From contig JAFGAR010000064.1 in assembly GCA_016933575.1 (NCBI GenBank), positions 96,001-160,000 of the forward strand: a stretch of 64,000 nt of DNA, read 5' to 3'. The notes under the pieces were generated by a model, which was not told the origin of the DNA, searched no databases, and saw only the letters and a program-made list of their open reading frames with translations. This document shows positions 26,605-35,453 of the stretch, piece after piece. A program made the translations under genes and the position numbers. Each line of letters starts with the position of its first letter. Position 1 is the first letter of the stretch. The stretch comes from Candidatus Thorarchaeota archaeon. Its GTDB lineage: Archaea; Asgardarchaeota; Thorarchaeia; Thorarchaeales; Thorarchaeaceae.

Positions 26605-26886
26605 TCATCCAGAAGCCTTCTTTATTCCGTTCCATGTGTATTTTGCTGCAAAACATCCTATACACATACACACCAACGAGATGAGTGCAAGTGTGGCAGT
26701 CCATGCAAAACTAGAGTATGCACCAAATGTAATCGCCATTAGAAAAAGAATGGGTCCATTGATACAAGTGCAAATTGTCACACAACAACTCAAAGCTAAT
26801 GTCAACAGGGTTCCAAAACTATCATCCTTTGGACCTGGGCTTGGTGGTGGTGGAGACTTGGGAATTTCAATTTCAGCCAAAACCAT
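26605..26886 (-). CDS. Small Pro-rich, Cys-rich membrane protein
   Basis: GGAGG SD; PKSPPPPSPGP followed by hydrophobic segments containing 7 Cys. Confidence 0.6.
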   Translation of the reverse strand: MVLAEIEIPKSPPPPSPGPKDDSFGTLLTLALSCCVTICTCINGPILFLMAITFGAYSSFAWTATLALISLVCMCIGCFAAKYTWNGIKKASG

Positions 26887-26960
26887 ACCCCTCCAATATC
26901 GGTGACTTTCAATCCGCAAATCTAGATTTAAATTCTTAGGGTTTTTGTACAGATTTTATC

Positions 26961-28085
26961 CTACCATTTTGGCAGTTCTTCATATCTATGGCACATCACA
27001 AAATGCCCATCCTCAACCTCTCGGTATTCAGGTTTCTTCTCACGACAGACATCCTGAGCGAACTCGCATCTATCTTTGAATGGACATCCAATGATGATTT
27101 CAGCAAGATCTGGAGGTTTCCCGGGAATCCCTCTGATCCTTAATCCCTTTTCCTTTACCTTTCTGATGACCTCCATGGAGGGATTACTCATAATGAAAGC
27201 CCTTGTAAATGGATGCCCCGGTGATGTCATGATAGTTGCAGTACTACCAAACTCAACGATGTGTCCTGCTGTCATTACCGCGACCTTATCGCATGTCTGA
27301 GATATTGTGCCCTGATTATTGCTTATCATTAGCATTGACAAGTCCATTTCTTCTCTAGCTATTTGGATGGCTTCAAGAATTCGCAACTGAATAGCCATAT
27401 CTACTGCAGTAGTAGGTTCGTCTGCGATGAATAGAGCTGGATCTGGGACCAGAGCCATAGCAATTAGTACTCGCTGATCTTCACCTACACTGAATTGACG
27501 TGGTTTCATACCTTTTCGAATATCAACATCTCCCAACTCAATGAGGTCAAGAGTTTGAAGTACTTTCTTCATGACACGAATCTCATTCAGTGTATTATCT
27601 TCATCATGAGCATAGAGACTCTCCGCAGTCTGCTCCTCAATAGTAGAATACGGATTCAGTGATTTAGTTGATCCCTGCGGCACGTAGGTGATCTCAGCAC
27701 CTCTTATCTCTCTATACTCCTTTTCATCAAGAGTAAGCAGATCCTTCCCTTTGAACCAGATGTGCCCCTCCACTCCTGGAAGGTCTTCGCCTATATCCTT
27801 CGAGGTAAGCCCTTTTTTGTTTGCCTCATCTCGTAGTTTCCATAGCCGTTTGTTCTCTTCATTTGCAGCAGTTGAGGCGAAGTATCGTGAGAGATTATCA
27901 AAGATGCCTAGAATTGCGAGAGCAACAGTTGTCTTGCCTGCTCCTGACTCTCCGAAAAGACCAACTGATTCTCCCTTTCGAACTTCAAAACTGATATCAT
28001 TCACTGCTCGAATGAGACCCTTCTTTGATGTATAGAATGCCTTGAGTCCTTCAACTTTGAGTACTACATCATCATCAACGGTCAT
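26961..28085 (-). CDS. Orphan DppD-like ABC ATP-binding protein with degenerate signature and H-loop
   Basis: GESGAGKT, FSVGEDQR, IADEP, ISNN, HPF and CPFKDRC..C..C; paralog of 21839..22924. Confidence 0.85.
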   Translation of the reverse strand: MTVDDDVVLKVEGLKAFYTSKKGLIRAVNDISFEVRKGESVGLFGESGAGKTTVALAILGIFDNLSRYFASTAANEENKRLWKLRDEANKKGLTSKDIGEDLPGVEGHIWFKGKDLLTLDEKEYREIRGAEITYVPQGSTKSLNPYSTIEEQTAESLYAHDEDNTLNEIRVMKKVLQTLDLIELGDVDIRKGMKPRQFSVGEDQRVLIAMALVPDPALFIADEPTTAVDMAIQLRILEAIQIAREEMDLSMLMISNNQGTISQTCDKVAVMTAGHIVEFGSTATIMTSPGHPFTRAFIMSNPSMEVIRKVKEKGLRIRGIPGKPPDLAEIIIGCPFKDRCEFAQDVCREKKPEYREVEDGHFVMCHRYEELPKW

Positions 28086-28142
28086 AATTTTTCAATAGAG
28101 GTTTCATTGAAATACTCTATGGCTAGCGCATCAATGCTACTT

Positions 28143-29576
28143 TCAAATTGGTATTTCATCATCATCAATTGTGAAGGCCTTGTAAATGAAAGCCATACAG
28201 AGACCTATGAAAAAGATGATGATCATTATGTTTATCATCACTCCAGGTCCTGTCACATCATTTAGAATAAAGTACGGTTGGTTGATTCCCCATTGGGTCA
28301 AACCTGTAAGGAAACTGACAATCTCGATAGATGCCATCATAACTATCATGGACATTACTGAACCGAATAGACAGACCACTCTCTTAGTCCATACATGTTT
28401 GTACCAAGGCTTTCCTTTCAATCCCACTCGTTTCTCAGCTTCATACCAAAGTATTCCCCCTGTAAAGGAAACTGTCAAGTTCAAGAGATAGAACGGTATA
28501 TAGTACAGTACATTAGGAAACCCAAATTCAATTGCAAAATTCGGAATTTCATGATAGTAGACTGCTTCATGCGATGCTGCCCAATACACAAGAGACATCC
28601 AAAAAATCTGAAATAGAAGGATATGATATGAGGCTCTACCGACCCTCTGAACAAACCTCTGTACAGAACTTGTTGCTTTTTGCGGAATAGACATCATGGC
28701 CGCGAGAAAGAGTAACGCTGCATAGCCATAGAATAAGAGGGTATAATCGCCTCGAAAGATTACATCGATGAGTGAGAATGAGTCACCAACTATTCCTGGA
28801 ATTGACGAAAAGAAATGAGTCGTATAATCAGTCATGAATATCAGAGAGATTGGTACGTAGATACCCATGAACCAATTCCGCTTGTCAAACAGATTATACC
28901 CTTTCGAGAACCAGAGTCCCAAACCTATTGCAGGCAAAAAGAATAGAACAATTTGACGTATGATCGATACAAGAAATCCTTCAAGTTGACTCTCGAAAGG
29001 AAGCGGGAAAACAAAATGCATCAATAATTGTAGACTCAGCTCACTCAAAAAGCATAGAATTATGGTAATCTTGGGATATTTTGTGAATGACCAATAGACT
29101 AGTGGGAATACTAGAATCGAGCTGAATAGAAGAAAGATGAACCAGTTTCCAGGCCCCCAGAACGGAAGATATAGCAGGAGTAAAAATACACTGGTGTCTA
29201 GATATCCGAAATATAATCCGATAAGAATTGATGCCATATATAGAATAAGGAATGGAAAGACATAACGTACAATCTTGCGTTTGAAATATTCTTTTGTGTA
29301 GAGGTCTTTTAGGTCTGGAGAAGCAGTGTATTTGAATGAATACGCCATATTAAATCCCATTACTATAAGAAAGAATGGTATGGACAATCTCTCCCAGAAG
29401 AGACTACCAAGATATCCTTTGATCTCCCAAGTCAAGCTATGGTCCATTACGACAAAGGCAATAGCAACAGCTTTGAGAACATCAAGCTGAAAATAGTACG
29501 GTCTCTTACCACCATCTTCTTGTTCTCGTTCTTCTTCTATTTCTTCTGGCGATGTTTTCTCGTAAATCTCTGCCAA
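28143..29576 (-). CDS. Acyltransferase family 3 protein fused to the conserved C-terminal 2-TM module
   Basis: QLDVLKAVAIAFVVMDH, IPFFLIVMGF, RKIVRYVFPF, GNWFI, GRASYHILLFQ; C-terminal 88 aa homologous to 5773..6051. Confidence 0.85.
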   Translation of the reverse strand: MAEIYEKTSPEEIEEEREQEDGGKRPYYFQLDVLKAVAIAFVVMDHSLTWEIKGYLGSLFWERLSIPFFLIVMGFNMAYSFKYTASPDLKDLYTKEYFKRKIVRYVFPFLILYMASILIGLYFGYLDTSVFLLLLYLPFWGPGNWFIFLLFSSILVFPLVYWSFTKYPKITIILCFLSELSLQLLMHFVFPLPFESQLEGFLVSIIRQIVLFFLPAIGLGLWFSKGYNLFDKRNWFMGIYVPISLIFMTDYTTHFFSSIPGIVGDSFSLIDVIFRGDYTLLFYGYAALLFLAAMMSIPQKATSSVQRFVQRVGRASYHILLFQIFWMSLVYWAASHEAVYYHEIPNFAIEFGFPNVLYYIPFYLLNLTVSFTGGILWYEAEKRVGLKGKPWYKHVWTKRVVCLFGSVMSMIVMMASIEIVSFLTGLTQWGINQPYFILNDVTGPGVMINIMIIIFFIGLCMAFIYKAFTIDDDEIPI

Positions 29577-29726
29577 TGTCTTTCAATCGCGTAATGTCAA
29601 GTGAACCAAATATACCAATTGACCCGAGCATTCGATGACCAATGTATTGCAGATGATGTTACATGTCCGGCACATCCTTAAGGCAGATGTAACGGTTTCA
29701 AAGGCTAATATCTGAGGTTCCACCAC

Positions 29727-30947
29727 ATGGCATTTCTGAATAGATCAGTTGCATCAGTTTACATTGCATATGCCTTACAATCCACTGCGCAAGCCATCAG
29801 TTGGCAATTTGTGACCTATTTTGTCAAACATGAATTAAACACCCTTTCATTCATCCAACAATCCGCAGCATTTGCTGTTCCAGCGCTCGTAATCATGATT
29901 ATGACGAATGTTTGGGGTTCTCTCTCAGATAGAATGAAGAAACGTAAGATGTTCATGGTCATTGGTTTTCTTGGTTATGCTGCAACATTCTTCTTCTACG
30001 CATTTGTTCAAGATATATTCCAATATTTACTTGTCGCGATTATTGGAGCCCTACTTTCTTCGGCTACACTTCCCATGGGACAAGCTCATCTCACAATTAA
30101 TGCAATCAATAAAGGAGAGCGGCTTGGTTACTTTGTTGCAGCTCAATCTGCTGGGTGGTTCTTTGGAGCTCTATTCAGTGGAGCTTTCTATGATATCATT
30201 GGAATGAGAGCACTTTTCATTGTTGCTGCATTATTATCTTTAGGTGCCACAGGTAGCTCTGCAGCTTTAATTCGTGATATTCCCTTCAAGGATATTGATA
30301 TCACCATTGAACGTAGTTTTGGAGAGCTGTTAAGAAAACCTGGGATGAGTAGACTCACCATAGCGGTAGCCCTTAGTCAAATTGGAATGAATGCAATCTC
30401 TGCATTCCTTGCGATAATGATAGTTGATGAACTTGGTGGGGGCGATCCTTCTTTCTTGGTATTTGTGGGTTTAGCTAATTCAGGAGCAACACTCATCGCT
30501 GTTCTCTTAACCGGTCAATTGGGGAAGATTGTGGATAAGAGTGGACCAATTAAGGTCCTTATTGTGGCATATGTTTCATACACACTCTTTGCGTTTCTGT
30601 TTGGAATTGTTACAGATCCAATTATTGCAGCTATTATGTGGGCATTACCCATCTACCCACTATCAGCTGTTGCTACATCAACATTAGCTGCTAAAATCTC
30701 CGGAGAAGACGAGAGAGGCAGAGCGATGTCTCTTATCTACGCAGCACAAAACGCAGGGGGATGGATTGGGCCTCTAGTGGGCGGGTTCTTTGCAGAATAT
30801 GTCTTTCTTACCGTTCAACCAATATCATTCTTGAATATGCTCTTCAATATAGTCGCGCTATTACTAGCAATCTCACTTTTCAGAAATGCTTCACTAAGAG
30901 AACAATCGCATGAAAGTATCTCTGAGATCCAAGACGGGCAATATTGA
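29727..30947 (+). CDS. MFS transporter
   Basis: WGSLSDRMKKRK, GKIVDKSG, ERGRAMS; about 12 TM. Confidence 0.9.
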   Translation: MAFLNRSVASVYIAYALQSTAQAISWQFVTYFVKHELNTLSFIQQSAAFAVPALVIMIMTNVWGSLSDRMKKRKMFMVIGFLGYAATFFFYAFVQDIFQYLLVAIIGALLSSATLPMGQAHLTINAINKGERLGYFVAAQSAGWFFGALFSGAFYDIIGMRALFIVAALLSLGATGSSAALIRDIPFKDIDITIERSFGELLRKPGMSRLTIAVALSQIGMNAISAFLAIMIVDELGGGDPSFLVFVGLANSGATLIAVLLTGQLGKIVDKSGPIKVLIVAYVSYTLFAFLFGIVTDPIIAAIMWALPIYPLSAVATSTLAAKISGEDERGRAMSLIYAAQNAGGWIGPLVGGFFAEYVFLTVQPISFLNMLFNIVALLLAISLFRNASLREQSHESISEIQDGQY

Positions 30948-30973
30948 AATGAAAACATCATACCTCATTGTGC

Positions 30974-31819
30974 ATGCCAGATGGATGTACTGCTATAGCT
31001 AAAATCATTGGTAATCGTTCCATTCTTGCGAAAAATCGAGATCTCATCTGGACCGATTTCTGTGATACGGTTGTCTTTGAAAATGATGTCTTTATTGTGA
31101 CCGGCGTTGATACAAGTAACGCACAGATCTGCGGAGCGTCATTTGGAATGAACCGGTGGGGTCTTGTAGCATGCAATACTACCGTGTTAGTCACCCAAGA
31201 TACTGCATATGATATTCTACTTGAACGTGTATTGCGCGAATCTAAGACAATCGATGAAGCTTTTAATTTAGTACGGGCAGATTTGAATCATGGATCAAGA
31301 TATCAATGGTGCAATTTCATTCTTGCTTCTCCGCAGGGCGTCGGAGCCATTGAGATTGGTGATGGTGTGGCAGTCCTAGAGCAGGACTATATCATGATTG
31401 CCCGAACAAACCACCACCTTCTCTTACCAACCGCTGATATACTTCGACATGCTTCACCAGCAGAGCGTGAAGCGGGAGGTCCTCTTGCTACGAGTCAAAA
31501 TCGAAGACAAGAAGCCTTCAAGCTGCTACAAGAAGCAAAATCGACCAGTGACTTTATGCAGATTCTGAGTACGCATCACAAGGGTCGTGGGTTTGATTCT
31601 ATCTGCCGACATCGTCCAGATAATCCGCACACAGAACCATATCTTGGAGAGACTGTCTACAGCTATATTGCTGAGGTTTCTTATTTTGAACCTGAGAGAA
31701 TGGAATTTAGAATTAACGTTGCACCAGGGAATCCGTGTAGTAGCACCTATAAAGAATATCTCATTGATTTCAATGCCTCACCTCAAGAGAAAGAGAATAT
31801 CGTTCTTGATTTTCCATGA
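30974..31819 (+). CDS. Ntn-hydrolase, peptidase C45 / acyl-CoA:6-APA acyltransferase-like
   Basis: GCTAI...LAKNRD, GMNRWGL, ARTNH; Cys nucleophile near the N-terminus. Confidence 0.75.
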   Translation: MPDGCTAIAKIIGNRSILAKNRDLIWTDFCDTVVFENDVFIVTGVDTSNAQICGASFGMNRWGLVACNTTVLVTQDTAYDILLERVLRESKTIDEAFNLVRADLNHGSRYQWCNFILASPQGVGAIEIGDGVAVLEQDYIMIARTNHHLLLPTADILRHASPAEREAGGPLATSQNRRQEAFKLLQEAKSTSDFMQILSTHHKGRGFDSICRHRPDNPHTEPYLGETVYSYIAEVSYFEPERMEFRINVAPGNPCSSTYKEYLIDFNASPQEKENIVLDFP

Positions 31820-31885
31820 TAACTTCTCCTGAATCGTTGCATATATGTGGGTGAAACAAGAGGTTCAATGCATAGAGGTGATACT

Positions 31886-32797
31886 GTGGATTTTGAGAAG
31901 TTCAGAGAAATTCTCCAAGGCTATTCGGTAACAACTGCAACTCCATTTAGTACTGACCTCACACAGATCGATACAAATGGCCTTTCGGAAAACATCGATT
32001 TTTTGGTCATGAACAAAGTACCTCTGATTATACCAAATGGTAACACTGGAGAGTTCTATTCACTCTCTGAAGAGGAGTGGTTGCAAGTTCTCAAGACTGC
32101 TGTCAATGCATCAGATCAGAAGACTAACGTAATGTCAGGCATTGGTCATTCAACCAAGACCGCACTCTCACAGATTGAGAAAGTAAAATCTCTTGGAGTT
32201 CCTGCTGTCATGATTATGTATCCACAACATGTCTTTGCTTCTGAAGAGGGAATCCTTGACTATTATAGAACTCTTCTTGATTCGTCAAAAGGTATCAGTG
32301 TTGTTCTCTATAAGAAAGGTTCATTGCTTTCTGATTCGGTTCTATCAAAATTACTTGTCTATGACAATCTCGTTGGAGTGAAATATGCATTTGGTCGAAT
32401 TGTGGATTTCTCACAGAGCGTTCAGAAAATCGGTCACAAGATTATCTGGTCTTGTGGTACTGCAGAACGTTTTGCACCCTTCTTCTTTCTAGCTGGTGCC
32501 AGAGCATTCACAAGCGGGTTGGGCAACTTTGCTCCCAATGTTACAAAACAGATGTATGATGCTTTGAAAAATGGTGATTATTCGTCAGCAATGAAAATTC
32601 AGGAGATGATAAGTCCACTCGAGTTTCTCCGCGAAGGCCATGCTTCAGCAAATAATGTACCCGTCGTAAAAACTGCAATGGATTATATCGGTCTCAAAGG
32701 AGGTATCTCTCGTCCTCCTATCCATCAGTTGACAGACAGCGAGAGGCGCTTAGTAATTGATGCTATAAAGGACTGGAATCTGAAGACCTTCACATAG
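31886..32797 (+). CDS. Dihydrodipicolinate synthase family class I aldolase/dehydratase
   Basis: ATPF, NGNTGEFYSL, LY, GVKY (Schiff-base Lys); GAGGTG SD before GTG 31886 (ORF open from 31847). Confidence 0.88.
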   Translation: MDFEKFREILQGYSVTTATPFSTDLTQIDTNGLSENIDFLVMNKVPLIIPNGNTGEFYSLSEEEWLQVLKTAVNASDQKTNVMSGIGHSTKTALSQIEKVKSLGVPAVMIMYPQHVFASEEGILDYYRTLLDSSKGISVVLYKKGSLLSDSVLSKLLVYDNLVGVKYAFGRIVDFSQSVQKIGHKIIWSCGTAERFAPFFFLAGARAFTSGLGNFAPNVTKQMYDALKNGDYSSAMKIQEMISPLEFLREGHASANNVPVVKTAMDYIGLKGGISRPPIHQLTDSERRLVIDAIKDWNLKTFT

Positions 32798-33152
32798 TTC
32801 TTCGCACATCAATCTGGTTTGAACAAAAAGGACAGCGTGCCTCCTCTGGTCCAATCCATTCTAAGCTATGAATTTCAATAGGGTGATCACATTCAGGACA
32901 TGATATAGGAAGTTGAATCATCTGCCATTTGACCTGTTCGTAACGACTCGAATAGTTACCTGCGAAAGCATATGCGATGATACCTGGACCAACAGAGATC
33001 AGAACAATTCCAATAGTGAGATATAATGTCCAGATTGTCCAGTCAAAATCAAAGGTATAGCTTGTTATCATAATCATTGATACGGCGAAGTAATAGCATC
33101 CAACCAGCATGAGGACTATTCCAGCAAGCAATGCTGTCCTTTTCAATATCAT
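32790..33152 (-). CDS. 2-TM membrane protein with C-terminal zinc ribbon
   Basis: Two TM helices then CPEC...CPFC. Confidence 0.7.
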   Translation of the reverse strand: MILKRTALLAGIVLMLVGCYYFAVSMIMITSYTFDFDWTIWTLYLTIGIVLISVGPGIIAYAFAGNYSSRYEQVKWQMIQLPISCPECDHPIEIHSLEWIGPEEARCPFCSNQIDVRRTM

Positions 33153-33159
33153 TTACACC

Positions 33160-34344
33160 CTATTTGATTGAAACATTATTACCATTGATAAACACTTGTT
33201 CCACTTTACTGTAGAATTCAAACGGGTCTCCAGACCAGACAACAATGTCTGCATCCTTACCCACTTCTAGTGAACCGACTCTTTCTTCAACACCTAATAT
33301 CTCAGCGGGATTGATAGTTACACATTTCAGCGCATCTTCTCGGTCCATTCCTTCTTTGATGACATACATTGGAAGTAATGGAAAATGGTTCATTGGTGTC
33401 AACGAATCTGTCTGGAGTGCAACTTTTACTCCTGCCTTATTCAATTCAACAGCGGTCTTGAATCCTCTATCACGTGTTTCAGGTTTACTGACCCAATATA
33501 TTGTCGGTCCTACAACAGCGGGGAATTTCGATTTCGCAATGAATTTGGATATCTTATGCCCCTCAGTGCAATGAATGAGTACAACCCTAATATTGAATTC
33601 ATTTGCAATGCGGATGACTGTTGCTATATCATCTGCTCTATGTGCGTGAGCATGGATAGGTATTTCTCGTTTCAATACCTTGATGATGGTTTCGAGACCC
33701 AGATCCCGCTTTGGTGGTGTCGGAGGACTCTCTCCCTTCTCTTTAGATTCCTTTGCCTTGGCTAGGTATGCTTCCAACTCAATCATGTGATTTTGGCCAT
33801 CTACAAGTGCTTTCCTTAGAACTGCAGCAACTCCCATCCTTGTAGAGGGAGTTCTCTTCTCTGTGCCATGAACTCTTTTCGGATTCTCTCCGAATGCAAC
33901 CTTTAGACCCGATGGTGCCATTAAGATCATATCATCTACTACACCCGAACCTATCGGTTTTACAATAAAGGCTTCACCAGAGATTACATTGCCAGAACCA
34001 GGTCCTGTATTAATACAGGTCACTCCGCCTCTAATGACCTCTCCAAGTGATGGTTCATCCGGATTGAACGAATCGATCCCTCTCATATCAGGTGTTACGG
34101 GATTTGTCATCTCATTTCCATCAGCACCTGCCCATCCAATAGAGCCGTCAAATAGACCTTGATGGGTATGTGCATCGATAAACCCGGGAGCTACATATCT
34201 CCCTTCAGCATCGATGATCTTTGTTCCCTTGGGAATTTCTACCGTCTTTCCAACAGCATGTATCTTTTCATCAAACAAAATCGTTCCACCCTTGATGAGT
34301 CCATTGACAGGGCAGAGAATTGTCGCATTCGTAATAGCCTTCAT
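33160..34344 (-). CDS. Metal-dependent amidohydrolase
   Basis: PGFIDAHTH, LKVAFGENPK, HAH, HCTEG, TD, TINPA, GSLEVGKDAD. Confidence 0.9.
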   Translation of the reverse strand: MKAITNATILCPVNGLIKGGTILFDEKIHAVGKTVEIPKGTKIIDAEGRYVAPGFIDAHTHQGLFDGSIGWAGADGNEMTNPVTPDMRGIDSFNPDEPSLGEVIRGGVTCINTGPGSGNVISGEAFIVKPIGSGVVDDMILMAPSGLKVAFGENPKRVHGTEKRTPSTRMGVAAVLRKALVDGQNHMIELEAYLAKAKESKEKGESPPTPPKRDLGLETIIKVLKREIPIHAHAHRADDIATVIRIANEFNIRVVLIHCTEGHKISKFIAKSKFPAVVGPTIYWVSKPETRDRGFKTAVELNKAGVKVALQTDSLTPMNHFPLLPMYVIKEGMDREDALKCVTINPAEILGVEERVGSLEVGKDADIVVWSGDPFEFYSKVEQVFINGNNVSIK

Positions 34345-34404
34345 GTGATTGCCTCCAATTTGTTTTTCCTTCCTTCACTGAGAAAAGTCTTCTTATTGGT
34401 AGTT

Positions 34405-35382
34405 TCAGTAACCAGAAAGCCACTCAAGAATATGAGCCGCCCACCCCACTGATCTCGATACTGCAAATAGTCCAGTGTTTAGGCTCTGATGATATCCAAA
34501 TGTGCAATAAACCGCAGCATTGTACAAATCTACATTTGGGTAAGCTTCAATTTTCTTAAACTCCTTAAGAAGTGCGTTCCCCTCTGAACTTACTCTGTCA
34601 ATAACATCTATAATCCACTTGGACTCGGTATCTACAATCCGCCTCTCTAAAACCTCTCGAAGTACAATTGCCCGTGGATCCATACCTCGATAAATCCGAT
34701 GGCCAAGGCCATAGATCTTCTCTCCTTTTTCCAATCTTCTTTGAAGAAAATTATGGACTTCCCCAGACTTCCTAATATCTTCGAGCATGTTCATAGCTTC
34801 AGTCCCAGCACCATGATGGAGTGGTCCTAGGTGCACTTGAAAAGTTGATAGAAGTGCTTTGGAAACAGACTCTCCACTCTTAATTAATGAGTGTAAGGTT
34901 GTCAGAGACGGATTGTCGGGATCATCCATATGTAGAATCAAGGCTATCTTGAAGTTTCTGATATCATCATACTCTGCTCTCTCTCCTCTTGTCATCCATA
35001 GGAAATTGGCAATATGATTTAGTTCAGAATCCGCTTCTTGCAATGTTTTGTGATGAAATTCACAATGTTGCTTTGCCACAACAAGAGGAACTAGTGCGAT
35101 GAATGCCAAGAGAAAATCCTGTAGGTTGAATTCAAGTTCTACTGAAATCTGTTCTAATTTGCTGATCAGCCTCTCGAATGTATTCATTTCTTCTGAATAG
35201 TATTTCCGAAAATCCACCAATTTTTGACAGAGGATTTCATGTTCTGTATCTAATGGCATATGCCCGTAAAGAAGAAGATGCGTGATTGATTCAAAATCAT
35301 AGGATTTGCATAACTCCTTAGCATTAATCCCTCTGAAAAAGAGTTGATTGGCTATGGGGTCTATCCTGCTAATTGGTTCCAT
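34405..35382 (-). CDS. Divergent citrate synthase family protein
   Basis: GPLHHGAG, GLGHRIY..DPR, YPNVD, SRSVGWAAH. Confidence 0.82.
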   Translation of the reverse strand: MEPISRIDPIANQLFFRGINAKELCKSYDFESITHLLLYGHMPLDTEHEILCQKLVDFRKYYSEEMNTFERLISKLEQISVELEFNLQDFLLAFIALVPLVVAKQHCEFHHKTLQEADSELNHIANFLWMTRGERAEYDDIRNFKIALILHMDDPDNPSLTTLHSLIKSGESVSKALLSTFQVHLGPLHHGAGTEAMNMLEDIRKSGEVHNFLQRRLEKGEKIYGLGHRIYRGMDPRAIVLREVLERRIVDTESKWIIDVIDRVSSEGNALLKEFKKIEAYPNVDLYNAAVYCTFGYHQSLNTGLFAVSRSVGWAAHILEWLSGY

Positions 35383-35453
35383 TCAGACGGCAAATCCTTT
35401 TTCTTATGAAAGAAAGAGAGTCCCTTTGATAATAAAAGGAACTCTTACCATCC

